This document shows positions 37,617 through 49,600 of a DNA stretch of 64,000 nucleotides, one piece after another. The stretch comes from a virus. Its lineage: Duplodnaviria > Caudoviricetes. The stretch covers positions 6,631 to 70,630 of the IMG/VR virus record IMGVR_UViG_3300034084_000080; one strand, given 5' to 3'. Position 1 is the first letter of the stretch. Each line of letters starts with the position of its first letter. Position numbers and translations under genes: made by a program. The notes below the pieces were generated by a model that was not told where the DNA came from, did not search any database, and saw only the letters and a list, made by a program, of their open reading frames with translations.

Positions 37617-40600
37617 ATGGCAGAAGAAAAGAAAATTCAACTTCAAACACTTACCGGTGGAATAGATACCGATACTGCAGATGAACTTTTATCATCTGAT
37701 TCATATCGTTATGGTCAAAATATCAGAATACTATCCTCCGCCGGTGGTAAAAAAGGAATTGTAACCAACTTAAAAGGAACTGTAGAGGTTGAATTTACAA
37801 GGCCTGAAGGTCAAAACATTACTATAGGTGCCGAAGAATCACCTGAGCAAAACAAATTATTCTTCTTTGAGTGGAATGAGAATGGAAAGCATTCGATTTA
37901 CTACTACGATATGTTGTTAAATAAGGTTATTCTGATCTTACAGAACCTTACAGACACAAATAACATTGATATTCTTCAATTCAAAAGGAGATCACTGATC
38001 CTTCATATTGATATCGTTGGTGATCTTATTTATTGGACTGATGGACAAGTCAAGCAGAAAAAATTTAATTGGAAAAGGGCACTTGATAAGTCAAGTGATG
38101 GCTACGGAACATTGATCATTGATGAATTTATCAATGCTTATAAGCCTCAACCAATTTTCCCTCCAAAATTATCTTACTTTACAGATACTACCAGGCTCAC
38201 TAATTACCTATACGGTAATTTATTCAAGGCATCATGCCGGCATATTTTCAGAGATGGTGAAATATCAAATTATTCAGAGTTCAGCACTGTTCCGCTTCCT
38301 CAGTCTGAAAGTTTTTCCGGAAACACCTCAGTTTCGAACCAAAACAATTGTCTGAAAATTTCTGTTGAAACCGGAAGTAGCGATGTGAGGTATATTGAGA
38401 TCGCGATTAAAATAGGGAATCTTGATTTTGTTTCAATAACCACTTTGGATAAAGAAGAATTGGGAATTTCTGATAACAGCCTTTATGTTTACTCATTTTA
38501 CAATGACAGCGATTCATTTTCCGGAATAGATCAGGCCAAAATAAATCGAGCATATTCATTCATGCCGAGGCTTCCATTGGTTCAAAAATTCGTTGATAGA
38601 GCAATGGTTTATGGCGGTGGTATTGAAGGAAGGCCAGAGGTTTTGGTTGATCTTGCTATTGAAGCTGAGTATTCTACATTATTCGTTCCTGATGGAACTA
38701 CAAATACATTAAATAGCCCTTTCTTTAATCAGACAGCATTTAATCATGACTTCACCAGGGAAGGTAAAGGAAGAAGAAGAAATTCGCTTGTAACGTTAAA
38801 AATCGGTAACGATGTTAAGTCCGGCAATAAGTTTGAACTGTTTGGAAGAAACGGTGACAGCGATAATTTATATTTTACCTACACAGCTACGGGCGCAGAC
38901 GATGCAATTTCAGTAGCCAATAATTTCAAGCAACAATTGGTTGCAACTGGAAGAATTTTATCTACAAGCGAAGATCTTCCCACAACAGATATTTGGAGCA
39001 ATACAATTGTATCAGGAGATGTAAGCTTTTCATTTATCCTAAGAGGAAGATTTGCTGAAGCTGCCACATCGTTTACAGGCAATGTAAATCCGGTATCAGT
39101 TCAGACACTAAAAAATAACGGTCAATCTGTATTAAACCATAAGTCAGGAGGATCTGTTAAGTACGGAATACTCTATTGGGATGAAGATACTAGGAGATCG
39201 CAAACATATACTTCAGATGATGCGTTTATCAGAACATCATTTGTTACTGAAACATCTGGATATAAAAAGGTAGTTCATAAGCTGAGTATTAAACATCAGC
39301 CTCCACTTTGGGCTAAGTATTACGAGGTTGTGAGAACCAATGACTTAACTTATGGCACAAGCTATATCCACATTCTGATTCAAAAGGCTATTGAGAGCAA
39401 AAGCACGACTGATACAGAATATGTTGATTTAGTGGTAGGAAGTCTGTTTACTTACCAGAAGATGTTTCCTAACACAATTCTGAAGTATGATTTTGAAAAA
39501 AATGATCGTGTAAGATTTATTAAAAAGGAATCTGATGGCTCATTCTATTCATTCCTTGAAACAGTAGTGTTAGATTATAACGATGTTATTACGGATGAAA
39601 AAAAGGAAGATATAACCACCAATAATTCTGTTACAGTAACCATAAACGGAACAACATCGCAAGACAATATTGGCCGGTATATTTCAATTAATGGTGTAGA
39701 AAGATTGATCATCAATGCACCTACCGGAACAACATACACACTTGACCGGGAATATGGAACTGCCGAAAAATACACATCATACAAGATCATTGATCGCAGA
39801 GGCACAATAAGAGTACGTAAGCCATTGGGAGTTACCATTGAGGATAATTCACTTGTCGAGGTTTATAAGCCGGCTCAGAACGTAGAAATGGCTGAGAAGA
39901 ACTTCTTTTTGTTCGGGCATAAATACGCAATAAAAGATTGGGGTACCGATAGCAGATGTCACACCGGAGATTTACAAAATCAGGATCCTAATAACCCTTC
40001 TACGGTTCCGGCCATAGTTTCTATTGGCAATGGAATGTCTTATGTAAGGCAAAGAGTATTACCAACTAATAATTCAGTTCCAGGAACTCAGGCAATAACT
40101 GATTTCGTAGAGGATAGTTCCTTTTCTGATTCCTATGAAAGCGATCTTAACGATAACGGTAAGATTGCTCCGCAAGACAATGGAAGTGGTGAAAAAAGGT
40201 TTGGCGACAGGCTTAGATTCAGCAAAAATTACATTGAGGATACAAAGATCAATGGGCTCAATGATTTTGATAATACTGATCGCATGGATTACAATGATCC
40301 ATTTGGTTCATTCAGATTATTGAAATTCAAAAAACGATTGCTTTATGCTTTCAAAGATTTAAACACTGGGTATATACCGGTTAATGCAACTATTCTTCGC
40401 GGAGATGATGGTGAAGGAATTGGTTTGAGTTCATCAAGTAAATTGCTTAATGAACTACAGTATTTTTCACATGAAGGTGGAATTGGCAATATGCCAATGA
40501 GTTTTGCAAGTGGTAAAACATGGTATTGGTTTGCTTCTCCAAACTCAGGAACATTCTGCAGAATCGGTGGTGATGGTATTTTACCAATATCGGAAGATTT

Positions 40601-42896
40601 TAATTTGGATAGCAGACTGAGAACTCTTCTTTCCAGAGCAAATAAATATGGATCATTTGTTTTCGGTGGGTTCGATCTTGAAAATGATGAATACGTTGTT
40701 ACTTTTGAAGCAGCTAAAGAGTCATTATACAATGCAGGATTCAATGAGGCTATGTTTGCTCTTTACAGCGAAGATAAACCTTCAGGAACTATTTACGAGG
40801 TAACTACGCAACCTTTACATGGCACTGTTACATTTGATGCTGATGGTAATTTTGTTTACACACCTACAACTGATTATACTGGTCAGGATTACTTTTATTA
40901 CAGATGGAAGGTTCCTGGCGGTGAATGGACAGAACCTAAAAAAGAATGCGGAAATGTCAATGAACAAGCTATTCCAACATCTCCTTCAATCTATTATAAT
41001 GCCGAATTAAGCACAAACTTTACCAAAGCTGGATGCCCTGATGGATATCATGGTGAAGTTGTTACTTATGTTGTTCCTCAGTACAAATACAGTTCACCAT
41101 ACAGTCAACTGAATGCCGATCAGCAAGCGATAGATGACACTATCGCAAATGGTCAAAATTATGCTAATACTAATGGTGATTGTATTTTAAATGATCCAGG
41201 TGCATTTTCATTTGTAGCACAAACAGGACTTGAACCATCAACATTAACAGAATCAAATGCAATTACAGTTAGTGGAACCTATTCAAAATATACAATATCA
41301 ATAGAGGCCGGTGGTGAATATCAAATTAACGGGGGTTCTTGGACAAGTGCTTCTGGTGTTGTAAATCTTGGTGATTCGGTAAAAGTAAGAAGAACTACAT
41401 CATCATTGTTTAGCACTGCAGCAAGCACAACTCTGACGATAGGTTCCGTTACCGGTACATTTACGGTAACTACAAGAGCTGCCAATAATGTTACTGTTAA
41501 TTTCTCAATGGTATTCGGTTCTGACCCTTCAGTAAATCATTGGAACGTAATTGAGAGAACAAGAGATGGTGTTACAACATCTATTGCTACCATTCAAAGC
41601 ATAGCATCTGGAACTTTACCAACAGGTGACTTTAAAGAGGGTGATACTATTGCTGTATATCAGGGTGCATACCTTACATTCATGTGGGCACCTAATTCAA
41701 AGGTTACGTTATCAATGAGTGCAAATGCTGTAAGTCAGTATAGTGGTGAGGTAACCTCTCAGTCTGGAACTCAGAATACTGGTTTATATGTAATACCGGC
41801 AGGAACAACTGTAATTGATATTTCGTCAATAGGATCAAGTACTGCAACTGGTTATTTAGCGAAAGCATTATTGACCGAAAACGCATTAACCACTGGTGAT
41901 GCTGTAATCAATGTTTCGGATAATGGCGAAGCCGGATTAGGATTGTTAAACTTAGAGCCAGGTACGGGAAGTGGTGCCTACTCATTTAATGTTAAAAACG
42001 ATGCTAATCTGTTAACTGTATCAATTGAAAATACAACACTTTCAGCATTCAACTATATTCTTGAAGGTGAAGGTGGATATATAAAATCTGGATCCATAGG
42101 AGCCGGAGGAACTATTACACATTCAGATGTGACAAAAGGTGGTTTGACTATCACTATTGGTGGAAACGTAGGTAATGATTTTTTAAGTCAGGCATTCCAG
42201 AAAAACGACTGTTCTACGGGTGAAAGCGGAACTTATGTGACTTGTTCTGTAGCTGCCAATACTTATTTTGCATCAACGAAAGCTGGAGCAAATTCATTGG
42301 CATCTGACTACATAGCCGCAAATGGACAAGCTCTTGCTAATTCAACCGGAACCTGTTTGGTAAATACTACTAATGCGGTTATTTCAGTTGATATGTATGA
42401 TGATTCCAACTTGGATGTTTGCGCGTATATTGATACAGTTGGGGTTGCTGAATCAGGTGTTATTGCTGCAAGAAATGGACAGAACTTCTATCTACCAACA
42501 GATCCCGCAGCTTCAGCTTATATACTTGCATCTGACAATATTGATCAGCCTACACTAAAGAGAAGGTTTGTATTCAACATTGGAAAGCTTATCGCACAAT
42601 ATCCTGATGATGTTGCAATACCTGAATTTATATTCAAGGTTAGAGGAAGATCATCATCGCCGGCTGTTATAAGTGGTATGTGGCAAAGAGAATACCCAGA
42701 TGTAACAATGGTAATGTCAGGATCAGCCGGTTCATATATTCCGACAACAACACCTACTGGCGGTCCTGCCGCTGATGCGTGGGTTGCAAATGTTGCAGGA
42801 GGTGGAGATGGAAGTGTTGGAATCGCTGTGGGTAGCGTTATATTAACTTTCACATATAATAGAGCATTAAATACAATCAGTTTAACTACCGCATAA
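37617..42896 (+). CDS. Tail stabilisation (muzzle-like) protein with C-terminal Ig-like and two DUF5977-like domains
   Basis: GGIDTD...YRYGQNIR N-terminus; YFSHEGGIGNMPMSF; QPLHGTVTFDADGNFVYTP (Big_9-like); two FxKxxC...ANGQxxANxxGxC repeats. Confidence 0.75.
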   Translation: MAEEKKIQLQTLTGGIDTDTADELLSSDSYRYGQNIRILSSAGGKKGIVTNLKGTVEVEFTRPEGQNITIGAEESPEQNKLFFFEWNENGKHSIYYYDMLLNKVILILQNLTDTNNIDILQFKRRSLILHIDIVGDLIYWTDGQVKQKKFNWKRALDKSSDGYGTLIIDEFINAYKPQPIFPPKLSYFTDTTRLTNYLYGNLFKASCRHIFRDGEISNYSEFSTVPLPQSESFSGNTSVSNQNNCLKISVETGSSDVRYIEIAIKIGNLDFVSITTLDKEELGISDNSLYVYSFYNDSDSFSGIDQAKINRAYSFMPRLPLVQKFVDRAMVYGGGIEGRPEVLVDLAIEAEYSTLFVPDGTTNTLNSPFFNQTAFNHDFTREGKGRRRNSLVTLKIGNDVKSGNKFELFGRNGDSDNLYFTYTATGADDAISVANNFKQQLVATGRILSTSEDLPTTDIWSNTIVSGDVSFSFILRGRFAEAATSFTGNVNPVSVQTLKNNGQSVLNHKSGGSVKYGILYWDEDTRRSQTYTSDDAFIRTSFVTETSGYKKVVHKLSIKHQPPLWAKYYEVVRTNDLTYGTSYIHILIQKAIESKSTTDTEYVDLVVGSLFTYQKMFPNTILKYDFEKNDRVRFIKKESDGSFYSFLETVVLDYNDVITDEKKEDITTNNSVTVTINGTTSQDNIGRYISINGVERLIINAPTGTTYTLDREYGTAEKYTSYKIIDRRGTIRVRKPLGVTIEDNSLVEVYKPAQNVEMAEKNFFLFGHKYAIKDWGTDSRCHTGDLQNQDPNNPSTVPAIVSIGNGMSYVRQRVLPTNNSVPGTQAITDFVEDSSFSDSYESDLNDNGKIAPQDNGSGEKRFGDRLRFSKNYIEDTKINGLNDFDNTDRMDYNDPFGSFRLLKFKKRLLYAFKDLNTGYIPVNATILRGDDGEGIGLSSSSKLLNELQYFSHEGGIGNMPMSFASGKTWYWFASPNSGTFCRIGGDGILPISEDFNLDSRLRTLLSRANKYGSFVFGGFDLENDEYVVTFEAAKESLYNAGFNEAMFALYSEDKPSGTIYEVTTQPLHGTVTFDADGNFVYTPTTDYTGQDYFYYRWKVPGGEWTEPKKECGNVNEQAIPTSPSIYYNAELSTNFTKAGCPDGYHGEVVTYVVPQYKYSSPYSQLNADQQAIDDTIANGQNYANTNGDCILNDPGAFSFVAQTGLEPSTLTESNAITVSGTYSKYTISIEAGGEYQINGGSWTSASGVVNLGDSVKVRRTTSSLFSTAASTTLTIGSVTGTFTVTTRAANNVTVNFSMVFGSDPSVNHWNVIERTRDGVTTSIATIQSIASGTLPTGDFKEGDTIAVYQGAYLTFMWAPNSKVTLSMSANAVSQYSGEVTSQSGTQNTGLYVIPAGTTVIDISSIGSSTATGYLAKALLTENALTTGDAVINVSDNGEAGLGLLNLEPGTGSGAYSFNVKNDANLLTVSIENTTLSAFNYILEGEGGYIKSGSIGAGGTITHSDVTKGGLTITIGGNVGNDFLSQAFQKNDCSTGESGTYVTCSVAANTYFASTKAGANSLASDYIAANGQALANSTGTCLVNTTNAVISVDMYDDSNLDVCAYIDTVGVAESGVIAARNGQNFYLPTDPAASAYILASDNIDQPTLKRRFVFNIGKLIAQYPDDVAIPEFIFKVRGRSSSPAVISGMWQREYPDVTMVMSGSAGSYIPTTTPTGGPAADAWVANVAGGGDGSVGIAVGSVILTFTYNRALNTISLTTA

Positions 42897-42897
42897 G

Positions 42898-43827
42898 ATG
42901 GGATTTACGACTTTAAAAAATACACCCATAACATTATCTCCAAATGAATTGGCAACATGGAGCGGATGGAGTATTGCAGATGGAATCGCATACCATTCAG
43001 GTTGTTTTGCAGGCATTGTAAAGCTTGAAGGGATTAATGTCGAGGCAAATAAATCCTATGTTATTGAATACGAGGTAAAATCATATACTTCCGGCTCTGT
43101 TTATCCAATTATCGGAGGAGTTAACGGTGTTAGTAGAACGGCAGTTGGTGAATACAAGGAAACCATTGTTGTTCCTGTAGGTGCAACTGATCTAACGGTT
43201 AAATTTTATTCAGATGGTGAATTGTCATTAAAATACTTCAATGTTTACCCGTTGGTATCTTCAGGAGAAGGTGCGGTTAGTATAGGTTTTAAAGCCGGTG
43301 ATAATAAATATACCTCAGAGTATATTCAGTACCCTGAGCTTATGACAAAATTCATTAACGAATTTATATCATTCAAGGATGGAAAATTGTGGATTCACAA
43401 CAAAAATGAAACCAGGAACTTATTGCATGGAGTACAAACATCATCAAAAATTAAGTTCATCTGCAATATAGATCCACAAGCAGACAAGCTTTGGTTCAAT
43501 TTAAGGCTTGATGCCACTGGAAATTGGTTTGCTCCTTCAATTACATCTCCGGTTTCCAATCAGTTTCCAAATGGAATGATGACTAAATTGAAACAGAAAA
43601 ATTTCAAACTGATTGATGGAAAGCTATGGGCCGATATCCTAAGAGATATGAATGATCCCAATTTTGCAACATTGACACCGGAAGCTGTTAGGCAATTAAC
43701 TTCACTTTTCAAAGGTAGAGTTATGCAAGGTTCATATTTAATTATTGAATTAGAATGTAGCGACACTACTGAGATAAAGCTTGTTTCAGCAGAGGTTTAT
43801 TACTCTAACGTTAAACGTGATTTTTAA
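42898..43827 (+). CDS. Protein with an N-terminal carbohydrate-binding-like domain and a C-terminal muzzle-type domain
   Basis: SIGFKAGDNKYTSEY...FISFKDGKLWIHN...FKLIDGKLWADILRD...GRVMQGSY resembles the muzzle C-terminus. Confidence 0.6.
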   Translation: MGFTTLKNTPITLSPNELATWSGWSIADGIAYHSGCFAGIVKLEGINVEANKSYVIEYEVKSYTSGSVYPIIGGVNGVSRTAVGEYKETIVVPVGATDLTVKFYSDGELSLKYFNVYPLVSSGEGAVSIGFKAGDNKYTSEYIQYPELMTKFINEFISFKDGKLWIHNKNETRNLLHGVQTSSKIKFICNIDPQADKLWFNLRLDATGNWFAPSITSPVSNQFPNGMMTKLKQKNFKLIDGKLWADILRDMNDPNFATLTPEAVRQLTSLFKGRVMQGSYLIIELECSDTTEIKLVSAEVYYSNVKRDF

Positions 43828-46598
43828 TGATGGACAAGAATCTTTTAATTCAATCGGCAAAGCCAGATCCTCCTGTTAAAATTACTCCGGAGCAAAAGAG
43901 TGAATGGAATAAATTCCTTGATTTTGTTAATGAAAAAGGATTTAGAGGGAACACAGATCTGGATAAAAAAGACACCAATCTTGGTAAATCATTGATTGAA
44001 GAGTACCGAAAATTAAACCCGGAGTCAAAAATATCTTATGATCTCATAAAACCAATTCAGGAAAATGTAATCCAGGATTGGGAAATGATGAAAAAGATAC
44101 GTGCAATGCAGGGTGTAAAAGCCGTAAATGCTGATGATAGACAGCTATCACCTCCGGATGGTTGGCTCGGATCATTAACATCAAATGGATATTTTCCTAC
44201 AGCTACAACATCGGATGATAAGGGTAGAATTATAAAGGATTGGGGGCATGATCTAAACGGTTATTATGAATCGCTTGTAGATCATGAAACTAAAAAAATT
44301 CCCATGCCGGCAAGGTATGCAAATAATAAAAAATAAAAGTAGATTTGTAATATATCATTTTCATATAATTATAGTATCATGGCTATTCCATTATTAGCAG
44401 CAGCAGCAATAAAAGCAGCCCCAGCATTGTTCTCGGCCGGGTATAAGTTTCTTTCTGGAAACAAACAGGTTAAGGATGGCAAAAGGCTTGAAAAAGAGAA
44501 CAAATTCACAAATTACGTCAGACCAAATGAGGCTACGGAAGCATTGAATTTAGCGGAACGTAATTATAGAAATGGTATGCCCGGATCTGACCTATACGAA
44601 AATCGTATTAATTCGAGTGCCGGAACAGCGTTTAGTGCCGCTTCAAATGCCGCTTCATCAAGCGGAGATGTATTAGATGCTGCCACAAAAATTAATATGA
44701 ATACCAATCGGGCCATGCAGGATTTAGGTGTTCAGGAGGATAATTTTACTCAAATGGCACTTGGTCAATACACAGATCAATTGGGAAAAAATGCAGCCTA
44801 TTCCGATAAAGAGTTTTCCTACAATATTGATCAGCCGTATCAAAGAAGAGCAGCAGCAGCTTCAGCACTTATTGGAGCCGGCAATCAAAACAAATATTCA
44901 GGCATTGATGATGCCATGGGAATAGTTACAGATGCAGCAAGGATAGGTTTAAATCTTCCAGAACAAACTATGGGAGGAAAACTTGGTATTCCTAAAATTC
45001 CATTGGCAAAAACTGTTGGAGTAACAAACAACGGTGCTTTATCAAATCCTTCTTTAATGGGTAAATGGATAGTAGATCCACAAACCGGAGCAAAGAGATG
45101 GTCAATTAACGGATAAAAAATGGCTACTACAGATCCTTTTAATTCAGTATATCAAGGCCGTGAAGGTACCGGTGCCGCATTTATTCTTGGCGGTAATAAA
45201 GCTGCAGAAGTTTTCAGATCAAATCTTGCCTATGATGAGCAGATGAATCGTCTGGCAGCACTTCAAAAGCAGAAAGACTTACAAGCAAGAAACTCTCTTA
45301 TTGATAAAAATATTTCTGACCTGAAGCTTGAAGATCATTGGATTGCGCATGATGAAGAACTGAGAAAAAAATATACCGGATTACTGAATTATGCTGGTCA
45401 ATTAAAGGCAAATGGTGTTAATCCAACTTCTGATGCTTCATTTAAGAATATGCAGGAAAAGTTAAATGCAGAAGCTAAATATTCAGGACAGCTTTATTCT
45501 GGGCTAACGGCTTTGAAAAAAGAAATTCAGGAGAATCCAGATAAATATAGCGAAGAAAGCATTAAAAGGGCATTAGCTTATTATGATCCGAAAAAGCCAA
45601 TTTCACAATATCTGAATGAAGGATTTAATCCTCCGACACTTGAACCTAAATATACTCTAAGTGGTATGCTGAAGGGGATAAAGGGTTCGTCTGTTGAGTA
45701 TGATAAAAACGGCAGAATCATTAAGGAAGCTGATCGTAGCAAGAATGTGAAGATTGTTGAAGGTTTGATGGATAGGTCAGACTTTAAAAAATTTGTTTTT
45801 GATGCCGGTGGTGATCCTAACATTGGTGCATTCCCGGTTAAAACTTCTGATGGTAAAACAATCTATTCAACCAATGACGAAGTGTTAATGCCAATGGTTA
45901 ATGATTTTGTCAGTAAAATAAAACCTGAAGAGTATAAAAACTTTGGATTAAGTGCAACCAATGAAGATGAAGCAAGAGCGCAAATGCTCGATATTGTCAA
46001 AAGACAAAATGCAGCTTACGGTACAGTAGTTTCGGCTGCTGCAGATCAATTAGATGCAGGGGTTGATAGCCAAAGCAAAAAGGATTGGTCTGGCGATGCA
46101 AGCGCAAGAGGATGGGCGAGCCTTAGACTTCAACAGCAAAAAGAGAATAGGATTGCTTCAAAGCAAGCTAAAGACGATGAGAAGGACTTAAAAGAGAATG
46201 AATATTTATCGGATTTGAAAAACAAAGCAATTTCCGGTGATAAAGATGGATTGAATAGATTAAGAGCGCACTTAGGTCCGATAAACGCAAGTGTTACTCA
46301 TAAAAATGGTGTATTGGAAATTATGGTTCCAATTGAGGAGAAAAAATCTGGCAATGATGTGTTGGAACTTATCTCTGGAACATCAATACAGGCTAATTCA
46401 AAATCAGGTGATACAATATCTTCCGGAGGCAAGAAATACAGAAGATACAAGATCGGTAAAAATTCAGGTATGACCGGAAGTGTTTACCTGGATAATCTGT
46501 TAAAAGAAGTAAATCTATTAAAGGACAACAGTACGCCTAAGAAATATTCAGGTGAACTTGATTCAATTGGAGAGGATGAAACATTTGATAATCTATAA
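43827..46598 (+). other. Putative ejection/internal virion proteins: 43827-44336, 44379-45116, 45120-46598
   Basis: Ala/Gly/Gln-rich helical proteins between the tail genes and the giant gene. Confidence 0.55.
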
Positions 46599-46600
46599 TC

Positions 46601-49600
46601 ATGCCGGATAAAAAACAAAAGCTATACGACAGTTTAAAAAGCAAGGGATTGTATTCAAAATCTTTTGATGAATTTACCGCACAATTTTCTGATTCTGAAA
46701 AGATTAATAAGCTTTATGCGGGGTTATCGCAAAAGGGTTTATATACTAAGAGCGGATCTGATTTTGCTCAACAATTCTTCCCGGATGTAAAAAAAAAAGT
46801 TTCATCAGAAGGTTCGGACAATGGGGAAGAAACATCTGGAACGCCTTTATCAGATTCCCGGCCTGATTCAAATGAAGTTTCTCAGGAACAAATTGATTTA
46901 AATGAGCCCTTTGTTTCAAACATCGGACTTAATCCTAAAGCAAATACCGGATTAGGATCAAGCTTAACCGGCCAGGGCGATAATCCATTTGATATAAAGC
47001 CAAAACCAAAGCCGGTAACTCCAGGATTAGAATCGGCAATGTCTGCGTTTGCTCAATCTCAGGGGCAAGAAACAGCCGACAAGGTAAATCAATTATCTGC
47101 CAATAGACCGCAAGAACAAGTATCTATTGATACAGAAAATGTAGGTGGCAGAGGTGGTTATATTGGAAATAAGCTACTGCAGGGTATAGGTTCAATAGCA
47201 AGTGGACTTGTTGATCTTGGGCTTAATGCTGGTAAAACAGGTCCTCTATCAGCTTTTAATCCTCTAACAACCGATGCCTTTATTGGTGAATACAGAAAGA
47301 ATATTGCCCCGAAAGTTCGCGACTATTTAAAAGAAAAGGTTGGATTTGAGGTTGACAAAGGTGCCGAAAGAACCTATGATAACGAGTTTATCACAAGCTC
47401 TCTTGGTGGACTTGCTCAATCAGCACCGGCCATGCTATCCGGATATTCCGGTATGCTACTTCAAGGTTACGACTTTGGAATACAATCAATCAATAATTCA
47501 GATCCCAATGGATTAATTGACGAACAGACTAAAACAATTTATGGCTCCGGGCTTGGACTTATTCAATCAGCACTTGAAAAGGTTGGTTTGGATAAGATCA
47601 TGAAAGGTAACACTACCATGCTTTCCAAAATTTTGTTTGATAAAGCAGTAAGGGAAGCTGCGGAAAAAACTGGTGGAAAAGTTACCGGGGATATTCTCGA
47701 AGAGTACATTAACAACAATGTCAAGGGAATAACCGGGTTGTTTGCAAAAGGTGGAGCAAGAGCAGTTGAGGGATTCTTAACAGAATTTACAACAGGTGCC
47801 TCACAGGAAGCTGCAGCAATTGGTTCTGAATTTTTACTCAATGAGGCTACCGGCCAGCCAATATTTGATACAAGCAAAGAAAAAACGTGGGATGGTTTTA
47901 TTAAGCGTGTTGCTTATGCCGGAGCGCAAGAAGGTGTTGGTGGATTCGTATTAGGACCATTCTTCAATAGTGAAAGGAAGAACAAGGTCAATGAAGTTCA
48001 AAATAAAGTTCAGGCAATTTCTACACAGCTTGATAATCCCAATCTATCATTGCCTGCAGCAGAAGCTTTAACGAAGCGTAAAATAGAGTTACAGGGCGAG
48101 ATTGAGAAAGAAGCTGAACAAGAAGCCAATGAACAAAAAAAGCTTCCTCCTGCGGCCTTAAATAAAGCCACAGAGATAGATAATGAACTAAACAAACTCT
48201 ATACGGCACTTGATGATCCTGAACTTAACGAGGAGTTAAAGCCAGAGATTCAATCTCAGATTGATGCACTAAATACTGAGTTAAACCAGGTAGTTTCTCA
48301 ACAAGAAACAGAATCTAAGTTTAAAAAGAATGATTTAGTAAATTACACTGACGAAAATGGAATTACTACTCAGGTTCCGGTTGAATCTGTAAAGGATGGC
48401 AAAGTCAAAATTGGTGTGAATAAGGATGGTATTTATTCAAGTATTGAGGTTAATGCTGAACAAGTAAGACCTATAAATGCTCCGGTTATAACCAATGTGA
48501 AAAATGACTTGGTTGAAACCAATACTAGAGAACAAAAACCTGATAAATCAGAAGTAACACCAACAGAAGAAGTAAAACGTATTATAGAACCACCTAATCC
48601 TATTCAGGAAATGAATAGCAAGGAATTGTATTTATACGCAAATGAGGTTAAGAAGGCTTTAAAAAAACAGGAAGAGGAAGTTGTAAATAAGAGTGAAAAG
48701 GAAAAAGTGGATTCTGGTTATTATGACATAATTGACGATGTTGAAGATTTAAGAGATACATCTACAAGAATAAATTTTATTGAGAACTCTGATAATTTGG
48801 ATGAGTTAACCAATTCTACACGTTCTGCCTTAGATCAGGTTACGGCTAACAAAGATTTATCTGTTTATTCACAAGCGATAATTAATGCTGTTCGTAAAAA
48901 GGCAGAAGAACTTAATATAGATACAAATGAATTAGTGTCTTCAATAGTTGATAATGTATCTAAGAGGTATAAAGACCCACAGGATGCAGAATTAATGGTT
49001 AACAATATATTATCAAAACTTCAACCTAAAAAAGCTAATAAAGAAGTTACAGATAAAGTAATTGGCAATCCAGAATACAAATATAAACCACAATCACCTG
49101 GAAGAAAAACCTATATCAGAACACCTGATGGCGATAAAATACGTGGAACCTACAAGGTTGTTTCCGCTGACAATGTTTTAGCATCTCACAATGAACAAAC
49201 ATTTGCTCAAACTGAAAATTTCCCTACAACAGAAACAGGAACTACTGTTAACGATAGGGATTATAGCAAAGATCGTAATGCCCAGGGTCAGGTTGTTGAA
49301 ATTGCAAGCAACTTCGACAGCCGGGCGATAAATGATACTCCGGTAGTTGATAGCAATGGTATTGTTATAAGTGGTAATAACAGAACCATGAGCCGTAAAT
49401 TATCTGCAACAAATAAAACTGATGCTACTTATCTTGAAGAGTTGAATGACAAGGCTGAAATGTTCGGCATTGATCCGGAGTCAATAAAAGGCATCCAAAA
49501 TCCTATGCTTGTTTTTGAGCCAGAAGAGAATATGCCATACACAACTGAAACCTTTGCCAAATTCAACAAGGTTACAGGAAAGGAGAAAGGCCCGATTGAA

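Noticed and set aside
44350-44368. Weak copy of the 19-bp palindrome (also 61954-61972)
   Set aside because: Core CGA/TCG positions are mismatched; could be chance in AT-rich DNA, so not counted among the 14
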